Positions 15,131 to 28,556 of a stretch of DNA of 64,000 nucleotides are shown one piece after another; the first letter of the stretch is position 1, and every line of letters begins with the position of its first letter. Source of the stretch: the human T2T-CHM13v2.0 reference genome, Homo sapiens. The stretch is taken from assembly GCF_009914755.1 (NCBI RefSeq), contig NC_060928.1. The stretch is one strand, 5' to 3'. The translations under genes and the position numbers were made by a program. Under the pieces are notes generated by a model. That model did no database searches, was not told where the DNA came from, and worked only from the letters and a program-made list of their open reading frames with translations.

Positions 15131-17902
15131 TAATTCTAAGAGGAAACCTAGGACTTCAGGTAAGTTCCCTGTTGCAACAGAAAAGTATATAATGGTGGCC
15201 AACTACACCAAAAGTTAATGTGAGTTGTTGATGGAGTCTGTAAATCTGTCCTATATAATTACCATGTGCAAGCATAGTTCCTCATCAGCAACTCTTCAAC
15301 TACTATACTGATTTTTCTGAGCTTCAGCTTTTCATCTGTAAATTGGGCATAATATATGAATCAATAGTATTATGAGGATCAAAAGGATGAATGTGTATGC
15401 ATGTACTTTATAAAATCTAACATGCCATACAAATGGTAGCTATTATCTTTCATTGACATTTAGCAAGAAGATTACATTGAGAAACCTTAGTATGACTTTG
15501 TTCAGGCATGAAAGTTTCAAATACTCCAATTGCTTAATATGTTTACAATTATTTCCTCTCATTCTTGGAATGGAGGTAGTTAGTATGGGTTTGTGAAAAA
15601 CAGTGTTTTAAAATATGGATTTTTGCCTTCGCACCATGATTGAGCCTGTTTAAGCTATGAGTGGTATTTGCTGTGGAAATAATTAAATAGTTAATTATTT
15701 AATTTTGGAATAATATTAATTATTTAATTGTGGAAACAATTAAATAATTGTCATATGCTGCTTCATGTTTACACAGCATTTTTTAAGTTTTTAAAGTGCA
15801 TTTCCATTTCCATGTCTTTTTCTTATTTGATTCCTCCAAGCACCCTCTGAGATCAGTAGGATATATATTCTTTATTATACAGGTGATTTAGAGGTTTGCT
15901 CAACCAAATGGAGATTAGAACCCAAGATTTTGTACAGTACAGAAGTACAGAAGAGCAAGTGTGGCTGAAAGTCCTGCAGATGGGACTGCGGGAGAAACAG
16001 CATAGAGCACAAAACCTTGCCATCTTGACTAATACTCTGTGGGGCTCATAGTTTTGCTTCTTGCTTGGTTGTCTCTAATTTCTCCTCATCATAATGATGA
16101 CAGTTTTATCAAGTAGGGGTTGTGTTCGGATGCTGGGAACACAAAACCCAAAATAACTGTTAGTTGACCAAGAAGGAGTTTATCTTTCTCCCATAGCAAA
16201 AAGTTCAGACATCAAGATTTAGTGGTCAAGCCAAGTTAGAGGCCAGGTATCTACTGTTTTGCTGATCTTTGCTTCAGTCTCAGGAGACAGTAGCAGCAGC
16301 TCTACTTTTATATCTGATTTCCAAGCAGCAAGAGGGGAAGAACAGAAAACAACCCGTCATGGGTGTGCATCAAAGGAGTGTCCCTATACTTCTCAGTAGC
16401 TCTTCCGGAAACCCATGCAATGGTTTCTATTTCATCTAACGGGTCAAAACCCTGCCAAGTGGCCATGTAGATAATTAGGCCAGGTTCCCCAGCTGCCTTA
16501 ACAAATCAAGACCAGAGTGATGGTAAGGAAGACAGGAGAATGGATATTGGTTAAGCAAATATCAGACTATCATGGCAGTGTACTAATACTGCTTTTAAAA
16601 GCGTTATCCTCTTTGAGTATGCACTCAGGAAAGGTAACCTCTCCCCTAATACACTGCTTTTCTATTTTTCTGGGCACACTGTCTTTCTGGACACACAAAA
16701 TGACCCTTTTAAAAAGAGCCCCCATTCCTGAAGATTTGAATATTTTATTTCTTCCCTCAGTCATTACTCCGGAGCCATATCCCAGCTAGCCCAATAACTA
16801 TGAGAGGTTAAAGAACTCCCAGTTCCTTTAGCTAGAGTAGCGAGTTATGAAAACTGCCCCAGAATATTTTGAATGGCTCAGCCAATCATGTGAGTTTATT
16901 GTAGGCTTCCCGGACTTAATGTTATATGTTTCAGGTTGAGCCAGCATTACCCTTCCAGACCCTGTTTTTAATCAGTTTTATTTTGACATTAACTGATCCC
17001 AGTTACAGACAAGTTGCATTTTGTGTTCCTAGTCAGGCTTCTAAATGCATGCAATATAATACTCAAATAATGCACACCAATGAATGGTTGCAGATAATTC
17101 CTAATTTATAGATTTTCTGATCCTGAGCAGACTGAAAGGCATGCAAACCTTCCATGAAGTCCGTCCAAGGTCAGCATGTTTCAGATTTTCTAGTCATCAC
17201 TGCTGATAATCCTTTACCCTCATCCTTCTGCTTGCAAACAACATATAATATTTTTATATGTCATTAAGAAACTACATGTCATTAAGAAAAGAATTTAAAG
17301 AGCAAAAAATCCCAATAATAGCTATGTTCAAGATCAGGAAAAGGAAAAAACATAGTGCTATGACTTTTCCTTTTCTACTCCCCACTCCTATTTTGTTTTC
17401 TCCAGGTCTTTGTTGATTTGTCCATGCAATATCATGTGATGTTCAGTCTCCTTGCCTTCCATGCCATCATTAATGCTAATTAGTTACCTGTTATTAAGAG
17501 TCATTAGCTAACCCTTTCCCCCATGCAGTCACACTCCACCCCACTACACACACACACAGGCAGACTCAGCCACCTACACACACACAGCTGCAGACTCAGC
17601 TGGCTCACCTCCAGCCAGTTTCCACCTCTCTCCTGGCATATAACCTCCGTCCTGGCCCTAATAACCAACCTGAGGCCCCCATCCTTCCTGGAAGCTGCCC
17701 AGAAGCATCATTAGCAATTCCTTGGTTAGAACACTGACCTTAGAATCTTGAAGAGGTAGAGGCAATGTAAGCCAGGCTGTTCTCCTGGCTCTTCTTTGAA
17801 TTATTCTTTCTCTGGTGTCTGCTACTTCTTGGTACTGTAGTTCTTGCATCTAGTATAAAAACACTAAATTTGTTGTCCTATTTTTTTCTCACTTTCCTTT
17901 AG

Positions 17903-18036
17903 CGTCGAGAAGTGGCAAAAACAGTTTTCTGCTTGGTTGTAATTTTTGCTCTTTGCTGGTTCCCTCTTCACTTAAGCCGTATATTGAAGAAAACTGTGTA
18001 TAACGAAATGGACAAGAACCGATGTGAATTACTTAG
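17903..18036 (+). CDS. EDNRA: EDNRA exon 6 (TM6 with CWxP motif, ECL3)
   Basis: cctttag| acceptor, TAG|gtatga donor; 134 nt; [44 protein letters not shown](S). Confidence 0.97.
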
Positions 18037-18462
18037 GTATGATCCTGTGTACTCGCTAGAAAATTGGAGTTTCTCAGATTTTCATATTTATAATACTTTT
18101 ACAAAACCAGCTACTCTACATGCCCGTTAGCCCTGAAAATTAAAACTGCAAAGTTGATTTTTTTCTTTAGCTGACATAGCCTATAACTGATCCCAAAATG
18201 TGTGCAAGCCACATCTGTTATCTTGCCCCTCCCCTCCTGAGGCTGTGCATAAGGGTTTGAGCTAACCAACTAGTGATGTATCTGTAACTGTCCTGCAAAA
18301 CTGAAACTGCCATTTAAACAAGCACTTTTTACAAAATTCTAACTGCCACCCATACGAAATGGCTTCTGGGCAAGAAAAATGCTTATTCTAGGAAGAAATG
18401 CTAGTGAGCAGATTTTAAAACAATATATTCTAATTATTCTACACCATTTTCTTTTGCTCTAG

Positions 18463-18571
18463 TTTCTTACTGCTCATGGATTACATCGGTATTAACTTGG
18501 CAACCATGAATTCATGTATAAACCCCATAGCTCTGTATTTTGTGAGCAAGAAATTTAAAAATTGTTTCCAG
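18463..18571 (+). CDS. EDNRA: EDNRA exon 7 (TM7 with NPIALY, helix 8); not in the ORF track
   Basis: gctctag| acceptor, CAG|gtaaga donor; 109 nt; [36 protein letters not shown]; phase fits exons 6 and 8. Confidence 0.97.
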
Positions 18572-18961
18572 GTAAGATGATTTTTCAAGTATTTTTTAAA
18601 GACAACAAAATGAGTATATTAAACAGTCAACAGACACAGCCAATTCCAGTTGTAATATTACTTTGATCAGCTATACTACTTTTTAGCAGTGAAGTGAAAA
18701 TCATGTTTTATTACCCAGAAAGAGAGTCAGATTGTCGGCATAACAGAAAAGCAGTTCCTATTTAGACAACCACATACAAAGAGGTTAAAATCAAAAGGAC
18801 TAAATCACATGCCAGTTTAGAACCCTCCTTTAGAGAGAAATGTTTCAATGTATGCTCCAGGCCACAGAGAGTACATAAGACCTATTCATACCTTACTTTG
18901 TCTTAGACTTGAACCAAAGTCTTGACAAAATATAAGCTCTATTGTTAAGAAAGCGCTCACT

Positions 18962-19178
18962 GATCGAGACCATCCTGGCCAACATGGTGAAACCCTGTCT
19001 CTACTAAAAATACAAAAATTAGCCAGGCATGGTGGCGGGCACCTGCAGTCCCAGCTACTCGGAGAATGGCGTGAACCCAAGAGGTGGAGCTTGCAGTGAG
19101 CCGAGATAGCGCCACTGCACTCCAGCCTGGGCGACAGAGCCAGACTCAGTCTCAAAAAAAAAAAAAAAAAAAAAAAAA
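18962..19178 (+). mobile_element. 5'-truncated AluY/Sc in intron 7 with a short internal deletion
   Basis: starts at GATCGAGACC; TSD AAGAAAGCGCTCACT / AAGAAAGGTCTCACT. Confidence 0.9.
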
Positions 19179-20560
19179 GAAAGGTCTCACTAAATGCTAT
19201 TTAATTGTGTACTTAGTAATAGAATCTTCAAGGAAAGTAAATGCTTATTGCTGTGGGAATCTGAACAAATATAATTTTATTCAAAATCAGTTTCCTTCTG
19301 CTTTCAAACCTCCAGCCAGCTCAGCCACCCATGTCCTTCAGAAGCTCTAAGCCTGTCTTATTGATGTGTAATTTTCTGGTTCCTGAAATCATTTTAGCAT
19401 AGGCTTAATCCTCACTGGATTTTGTTATCTTGGACCAGGCTGTTTAACTTTAGCTTATGGTACATATGAGGCAGAGTGCGGTAGAGGTCAAGAATGCAGG
19501 CTCTGGAAGCAAAGAGCCTCGATGGACATTACAGCCCTGCACTTGCTAACTATCTACCCCAGGTAGTGCCTCTCTTGCTTTTTCAGTTTCCTCACCTATA
19601 AAATTGGATGATCACAGTATCTCTCTCATAAGGAGGGTAATATATGTAAAATGCTTGAAATAATAAGTGCTCAATATGAGTTGATTACTATTAGGGACAG
19701 AGTAGAGAGGAAAAACACAGTAACGACCTGCATGGAACTTACAGTCTAAACAGAGGCAGACATATATTAACCAAGGAATCACACAAACAGATGAAACTCG
19801 GTATGGAAGTTTGGGGCCGTATTTCTGAGGTCTTCTTGGAAATGTTTGCCAGTCACAAAACACTCAGCCCAAAATGGATTGACTAACATGCAGGTTAAAA
19901 TTAGTACATTATATAAGGTGAAATTAATTATTACTTACTCATTAATTTACATATTCATTGGGGGAGGGAAAATCAAGGTAAAAATTATCAGAAATTAACC
20001 CCACTTTTTGATGAATCTTCCTAAAAAGGCAGTATATCCAAGAGAAAGAGCCCAAATCTAGAGAGTCCTGGGTTCTAATTCCAGTTCTAACTCTCATTAT
20101 CCTCTCTGGACCTCACTGTCCTCATTCATAAAATGGGGGAATAGCATAAAATGGGAGAACATCCAAGGCTGTTGTGAGGATCTGATAAGGTACCTGGTGC
20201 GGAGAGCCACACAGGTGGTGCACACTGAAGAAACGCTAGGACCCCCCCACCAGCCCAGCCCTACCCGTGCCTGCCCCAAGCTGTGGAGAGCCCTTCCTCT
20301 CACCTACAGTGCCTTCCCTTTCTCTTGCACTTGGTAATAAAATTAAAATGAGAAACAAGGGTTCTATTTCTCTGCACTGGAATGGACAGTGTAACTCCTG
20401 CCTGGTGATAACAGGCTCTCCACTCTAGGTTACTGTCAAGGTTCACTTCCCTCGAATGCGAATGGACATTTGCCCCTCATTAGCATGGCCCAGGGCCGCT
20501 GTGTTTGGCCGGGAATGGGCTGGTAGGCTCGCCTTACTTCGAGTCTGTTCCTTCCCCCAG

Positions 20561-20701
20561 TCATGCCTCTGCTGCTGCTGTTACCAGTCCAAAAGTCTGA
20601 TGACCTCGGTCCCCATGAACGGAACAAGCATCCAGTGGAAGAACCACGATCAAAACAACCACAACACAGACCGGAGCAGCCATAAGGACAGCATGAACTG
20701 A
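20561..20701 (+). CDS. EDNRA: EDNRA exon 8 coding part (palmitoylated Cys cluster, C-terminal tail, TGA stop)
   Basis: cttcccccag| acceptor; SCLCCCCYQSKSLMTSVPMNGTSIQWKNHDQNNHNTDRSSHKDSMN*; exon lengths fit a 427-aa CDS. Confidence 0.97.
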   Translation, partial: SCLCCCCYQSKSLMTSVPMNGTSIQWKNHDQNNHNTDRSSHKDSMN

Positions 20702-23036
20702 CCACCCTTAGAAGCACTCCTCGGTACTCCCATAATCCTCTCGGAGAAAAAAATCACAAGGCAACTGTGAGTCCGGGAATCTCTTCTCTGATCCTTCTTC
20801 CTTAATTCACTCCCACACCCAAGAAGAAATGCTTTCCAAAACCGCAAGGGTAGACTGGTTTATCCACCCACAACATCTACGAATCGTACTTCTTTAATTG
20901 ATCTAATTTACATATTCTGCGTGTTGTATTCAGCACTAAAAAATGGTGGGAGCTGGGGGAGAATGAAGACTGTTAAATGAAACCAGAAGGATATTTACTA
21001 CTTTTGCATGAAAATAGAGCTTTCAAGTACATGGCTAGCTTTTATGGCAGTTCTGGTGAATGTTCAATGGGAACTGGTCACCATGAAACTTTAGAGATTA
21101 ACGACAAGATTTTCTACTTTTTTTAAGTGATTTTTTTGTCCTTCAGCCAAACACAATATGGGCTCAAGTCACTTTTATTTGAAATGTCATTTGGTGCCAG
21201 TATTTTTTAACTGCATAATAGCCTAACATGATTATTTGAACTTATTTACACATAGTTTGAAAAAAAAAAGACAAAAATAGTATTCAGGTGAGCAATTAGA
21301 TTAGTATTTTCCACGTCACTGTTTATTTTTTTAAAACACAAATTCTAAAGCTACAACAAATACTACAGGCCCTTAAAGCACAGTCTGATGACACATTTGG
21401 CAGTTTAATAGATGTTACTCAAAGAATTTTTTAAGAACTGTATTTTATTTTTTAAATGGTGTTTTATTACAAGGGACCTTGAACATGTTTTGTATGTTAA
21501 ATTCAAAAGTAATGCTTCAATCAGATAGTTCTTTTTCACAAGTTCAATCTGTTTTTCATGTAAATTTTGTATGAAAAATCAATGTCAAGTACCAAAATGT
21601 TAATGTATGTGTCATTTAACTCTGCCTGAGACTTTCAGTGCACTGTATATAGAAGTCTAAAACACACCTAAGAGAAAAAGATCGAATTTTTCAGATGATT
21701 CAGAAATTTTCATTCAGGTATTTGTAATAGTGACATATATATGTATATACATATCACCTCCTATTCTCTTAATTTTTCTTAAAATGTTAACTGGCAGTAA
21801 GTCTTTTTTGATCATTCCCTTTTCCATATAGGAAACATAATTTTGAAGTGGCCAGATGAGTTTATCATGTCAGTGAAAAATAATTACCCACAAATGCCAC
21901 CAGAACTTACGATTCTTCACTTCTTGGGGTTTTCAGTATGAACCTAACTCCCCACCCCAACATCTCCCTCCCACATTGTCACCATTTCAAAGGGCCCACA
22001 GTGACTTTTGCTGGGCATTTTCCCAGATGTTTACAGACTGTGAGTACAGCAGAAAATCTTTTACTAGTGTGTGTGTGTATATATATAAACAATTGTAAAT
22101 TTCTTTTAGCCCATTTTTCTAGACTGTCTCTGTGGAATATATTTGTGTGTGTGATATATGCATGTGTGTGATGGTATGTATGGATTTAATCTAATCTAAT
22201 AATTGTGCCCCGCAGTTGTGCCAAAGTGCATAGTCTGAGTAAAATCTAGGTGATTGTTCATCATGACAACCTGCCTCAGTCCATTTTAACCTGTAGCAAC
22301 CTTCTGCATTCATAAATCTTGTAATCATGTTACCATTACAAATGGGATATAAGAGGCAGCGTGAAAGCAGATGAGCTGTGGACTAGCAATATAGGGTTTT
22401 GTTTGGTTGGTTGGTTTGATAAAGCAGTATTTGGGGTCATATTGTTTCCTGTGCTGGAGCAAAAGTCATTACACTTTGAAGTATTATATTGTTCTTATCC
22501 TCAATTCAATGTGGTGATGAAATTGCCAGGTTGTCTGATATTTCTTTCAGACTTCGCCAGACAGATTGCTGATAATAAATTAGGTAAGATAATTTGTTGG
22601 GCCATATTTTAGGACAGGTAAAATAACATCAGGTTCCAGTTGCTTGAATTGCAAGGCTAAGAAGTACTGCCCTTTTGTGTGTTAGCAGTCAAATCTATTA
22701 TTCCACTGGCGCATCATATGCAGTGATATATGCCTATAATATAAGCCATAGGTTCACACCATTTTGTTTAGACAATTGTCTTTTTTTCAAGATGCTTTGT
22801 TTCTTTCATATGAAAAAAATGCATTTTATAAATTCAGAAAGTCATAGATTTCTGAAGGCGTCAACGTGCATTTTATTTATGGACTGGTAAGTAACTGTGG
22901 TTTACTAGCAGGAATATTTCCAATTTCTACCTTTACTACATCTTTTCAACAAGTAACTTTGTAGAAATGAGCCAGAAGCCAAGGCCCTGAGTTGGCAGTG
23001 GCCCATAAGTGTAAAATAAAAGTTTACAGAAACCTT
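20702..23036 (+). other. EDNRA: EDNRA 3'UTR (~2.3 kb)
   Basis: repeat-free AT-rich sequence from the stop codon to the AATAAA; 3' end estimated from the signal position. Confidence 0.85.
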
Positions 23037-23070
23037 GCAAGTGTCTCTTCATTTTTATGTAGTTTTCCAT
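23015..23070 (+). terminator. EDNRA poly(A) signal and downstream GU/U-rich element
   Basis: AATAAA at 23015-23020 followed by GTGTCTCTTCATTTTTATGTAGTTTT; transposon relics resume at ~23200. Confidence 0.8.
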
Positions 23071-23199
23071 AGAAAATGTTTGTTACATAATGCCTGTTGC
23101 AAACCTCTCCTTAGTAATATCCTGGAAAGCAGTTTACTATCAAACAGGTACTTCCTACCTCTATTCTCAACCAACCTATTTTGTTGTACTGAGCATTTA

Positions 23200-23740
23200 A
23201 CTCTGTCATTCATTCCTTCATTTACCTTTTCAGTAAGTTTAATTGGGCATCTACTATGCACCAGGCATTCTTCCAGATATTGGGGACATAGTAAACAAAA
23301 CAGGCAAAGTCCCTGATTCCATGGAGCTTGCATTCTAGGCAATAAACAGTTACAGTCAATAAGCAATATATTAGGTAGATATCTGGAGGAAAAGATTCAT
23401 ATATATCCAACTGTTTACTTGACATCCACAGTTGGATGGCTAGTACACCATAATATATGCAGAATGAAGCTCCTGATATCTTCCAGCTTACCCTGCCTAA
23501 TATTCCTCTGCTCAGTTATAGACAGTCCCATTTTTTAGGAGTTGTTCAGGATAAAAACTTTGAAGTCATTGCTCATTCCTTTTCCTCACACCTTTTAGCC
23601 AACATCTCCATAAGTCCTGAGAGCCCTATCTTCAGAATATATCCAGAACCTGACCACTTCTCTGTCTCTGCCTCTACCTCCCTAGTCTGAGCACCATCTT
23701 CTCTTGCCAGGATAACCACAATAGGCTCCTGACATGCCTA
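23200..23740. mobile_element. Two L2 fragments in opposite orientation just past the poly(A) site
   Basis: L2 3' end on the - strand (CATTCATTC..GGGCATCTACTATGCACCAGGC), then L2 body on + (CCAACTGTTTACTTGACATCCAC). Confidence 0.6.
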
Positions 23741-24149
23741 CTCATGTCCAGCCTTATAAACAGCTGTATTCCAGTTGGAGCCAGTCTCTCCTCTCCCATA
23801 AGTGATTAGGTTAGGCGAGGCTGACCAGCATCCTCTGGGAGTTTCTCAGTAAGAACTAAGTCAGATAGAGCTATTTTCCTACTAAAGCAGGACTGGGAAG
23901 TTGTGAGCCTGGGCGTGCCTGGACGCTGTGGTTGAGCATTACGAAGAAAGTCAATCTAGAGTGTCATGAAGATGAAGAAGAGCATCAAAGTCCCCAGTTC
24001 TAGCTCTCCTTGATGCTTTCTCATGGCTTCAGTAAACAAACCAACACATTTACCTTTTCACCTACACTAGTTAAATCTGGTTTTCTGTTGCTTGCAATAC
24101 GCACATTCTAAGACCATCTCATCTAAGTTATCTTGAGTTATATTTTGTT

Positions 24150-24500
24150 GTCGTTAACTTAATAGACTATGTTTTTTAGAGCTGTTCTAGGTTTACAGAA
24201 AAATTGATCTAAAATTACAGAAAATTCCTACATGCCCTCCTTTCTCCCCCCTTCTCCACACAATTTCCCCCTATTTTTTACACCTTGTATTAGTGTGGCA
24301 CATTTGTTACAGTAAACGAACCAATATGGATGCAATATTATTAACTAAAGACTATAGTTTACATTAAGGTTCACTCTGTGCTTGACATTCTATGGCTTTG
24401 GACAAATGTATAATATCACATATCCACCATTACAGTATCATTCAGAAGAGCCTCACTGCCCTAAAAATCCCTGTGCTGCATCATTTCATCCATCCCTCCA
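24150..24500 (-). mobile_element. L1M (L1MC-like) 3' end fragment
   Basis: TTTTAGAGCTGTTCTAGGTTTACAGAAAAATTGA...CATTACAGTATCAT pattern. Confidence 0.65.
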
Positions 24501-25913
24501 TCCCCTTCTTGATTTATCTGTTCACTCAACACAAATACCATGAACAACCATCATATTACATTGTGCTAATAGCTGGGAACAGGAAATCAGATGAATAAAT
24601 AAATAAATGCAGTGACGAGCTTTGTGGTGACTCAACAGACGTCAGCATAGGGGCTGGTAAAGGCACAAAGGAAAGAGTAGTCAAAATTCTTTTAACTTCA
24701 GTTGGTGAGCATCAGCAGACAAGTATGAGGGCCTTTGCTTCCACAACTCTCATTTTACTTTGCATGAACATTATGTCACCTCTAGGAAAATGGCATAAGA
24801 ATAAGCAATATAGTATTGTCTCTACATTGTGAGTTTTTATAAAGTCAGTAAATACATATTATTTTCCATTCAAAAGTAATTTAAAATTATCAAAATAATG
24901 AAACACAATTCCTAGATATAATTAGGAAATACCTGAGACAAATGTCAATCTTTGACTAATCTATTACCTCTATTGTTATTCTTAGGAGTATCACTAGTCC
25001 ATGAGATAGCATGGAAAACCTTTTATGTGTAGAGTAAAGGAAACGTACTGCCAGCCTTCCCAAAACACTGCAAGCTCATGATTCTGAGTCTTCTCTTTCT
25101 TTATTTGTAAAATAATAGAGTACAGCCCTGTATTTATTGATTTTACTCCATACTTCAAAGCAAAGTTAAATCAGAGTGCAAGTTCACCATATGCAGTTGA
25201 ATGTTTCTGAAATTCCAATGGGGTCTTCACAATTAAAACCCAGTGGTTTTTTGTTTTTTTTTTTAATAATCCTACATTTGAAGAAGTTTCTGCCATACTT
25301 TTCTCTAAATAGTAACAAAGACAAACCAAGGTCTATATTTGGTCAGCACTGATGTATTTTGACTTTTTTGTTTTTAAAACTGAAAGGGGACAGACTTGGG
25401 TTCCTAGAATCAGGAAAGAATCAAAGACTGAAAATAGCATTGTAACTGCAAAACTGGGCTTTCCCTATGAGGCATGCTAGAATAGTTCACTTTTGATTTG
25501 ATGAAGCCAGAACTCATTGTAACTCCTACTTTCCCAAGCTTTTAGCATCAATATTATTCAGTAGATTCTACCAGCTGTATTTCTTTGGGGGTGGTAATAA
25601 ATTAGGAACAGCAATGCCAACCCTAGTTAGAATCCGAAGAGTCATGGAATCTTCCTAGAGGAATATAGAGAATTCCACAAATTTTTCCCTTTTAGTCCTA
25701 AACCACAGGCCCTTTATCTAGTTTATCTAAATGGAACTGATCATCTTTTACTTGAATTTGATTCTATGAAGGTAGATACAACTGTATACTTGATGTTGTG
25801 TGATAGATTTGTCCCAGGTGGGAGTAATGACCCTGCGCGGTCTGCATACTACCACATTGTCAGCCAAATCACAGGCCCAAGGCACCTCCAGAGCACACAG
25901 AGCACAGCTCTGA

Positions 25914-26309
<396 letters not shown>

Positions 26310-26640
26310 TGAACTATAGCTCTCTATTTCTCTCAAAGTATGACTTTTAGTGTTAACTTCAATTAAGTGCTTGTGCTTTTAAAATATCCTAAAATGAGAA
26401 CATCTAAGTGTGAGCAAGTAAAGGGAATACATTTGTGCCTAATGAAAAATTAATGTCATAGGTCCAACTTTTTCTCTATGTTATGAAACCTGATAGGGGT
26501 AGGCCTGGATTACTCTCCCTCACTCTCAGTCAAAATTCCATTGGGACAAATGGAATTCTGCTGAACAACTTAGATCTAGCAAGCAGGGCCAACCCCTGGA
26601 GCTGGGGGTAGAAGGGTGATTTCCCAAAGAAAGGAGAATT

Positions 26641-26973
<333 letters not shown>

Positions 26974-27161
26974 TTATTTCAGCTCCTTTTTGACATAGTT
27001 AGCTCAGTTCATTCATCAATTGTTATTAGTTTTTAAAAATAATTTTCCCTTTCAAATTATAAAAAGAATATATCAAATATGTCAATAATGTCTTTAAAAC
27101 TCTTACAGAACAATAATTAATGAACAATCCATGTATATATGGAGGGAAACCCTATATATGG

Positions 27162-27517
27162 TGATATGGTTTGGCTCTGTGTCCTCACCCATATCTCATC
27201 TTGTAGCTCCCATAATTCCCACATGCTGCGGGATAGACCCAATGGGAGATGATTGAATCATGGGGGCAGGTCTTTCCCATGCTATTCTTGTGATAGTGCA
27301 TAAGTCTCATGAGATCTGATGGTTTTTAAAAGGGGAGTTTCCCTCCACAAGCTCTCTTCTCTTGTCTGCCGCCATGTGAGACATGCCTTTCACCTTCTGC
27401 CATGATTGTGAGGCCTTCCCAGACACATAAAACTGTAAGTCCAATAAACCTCTTTCTTTTGTAAATTGCCCAGTCTCGGGTATGTCTTCATCAGCAGCTT
27501 GAAAACGGACTAATACA
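27162..27517 (+). mobile_element. THE1 (MaLR) solo LTR
   Basis: TGATATGGTTTGG...GGACTAATACA termini; 5-bp TSD TATGG. Confidence 0.9.
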
Positions 27518-27833
27518 TATGGGGATATATATCTGACTTATCCAGTCCTTTGCTACCCTAAACAAGACAGTGCCGTACATCATTGTCAAGTCTCCAGGGG
27601 GATTTGCATGATTTCTCTGGGAGATGTAAGCAGGACTGCTGCTGGATCATAAGGTTTGTGCATAGTTAATATCACCAGTTACAGCCAGGATGTCTCCAGA
27701 ATGGCCAAACTAGTCCTGGGTTGATCCATCATTGAAGAGTTCAACAGCTCCAGATGCCATGAAATTGCTCCACTTTACACTGGAACCATCACGATGGAGG
27801 AGCATACACCGTTAGGGACACGTAAGCAGACAC

Positions 27834-28556
27834 TGTCAAAGACCAGACCGGACCCCCTTGCATCCATTTTACCAGCTCTCTTCACTCATCTCCAGCTTCA
27901 AAGTTTTGGGGTTTTTTTGTTGGATTTTGTTTGTTTTTGAAACAGTGTCTCGCTCTTTCGCCCAGGCTGGAGTGCAGTGGTATGATCACAGCTCACTACA
28001 GCCTCGACCTCCTGGGCTCTAGAAATCCTCCTACCCCAGCCTCCTGAGTAGCTGGGAGTACAGGTGCATGCCACCACACCTGACTTTCTTTTATTTTTTT
28101 ACTTTTTGTTTTTAGTAGAGAGGGGGGTCTTGCTATGTTACCCAGGCTGGTCTCGAACTCCTGGGCTCAGCAGTGTTTCTACTGCTTAATATTTACACCT
28201 GCAACAATCGGTGGCTCACCCTTGGACACTGGAGCCCGCCTAGACTGTAAGAAGAACTGCCTTGGAATTGTATATCCTCCTCCACCCCCACCACGACCTA
28301 TAGCCAATGACTTACTGGTGTGGACTTACACCAGCTCTTGTATCTCAAGGTGGGGTAAACACCTTGCACCCTGGAGATCAGGCTGAGTCTGGGACTTCAC
28401 CTGACATCTCAACTTTACTTAGTTTCTCTCTTTCCTTCCCGCAGCCTACTTCTTCCACTCCCTTACTAATTTCCTCTGGAAGCTGTGCCTTAACAAACCA
28501 CTTACACCCAAATCCTTGGTTCAAGCTCAGCTTCAGGAAGAATCTGGGCAAAGACA
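27834..28556 (+). mobile_element. LTR16-like ERVL LTR interrupted by a partial AluJ (~27905-28170, - strand)
   Basis: 3' end ACTTACACCCAAATCCTTGG..CAGCTTC..GAATCTGGGCAAAGACA resembles LTR16. Confidence 0.55.
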
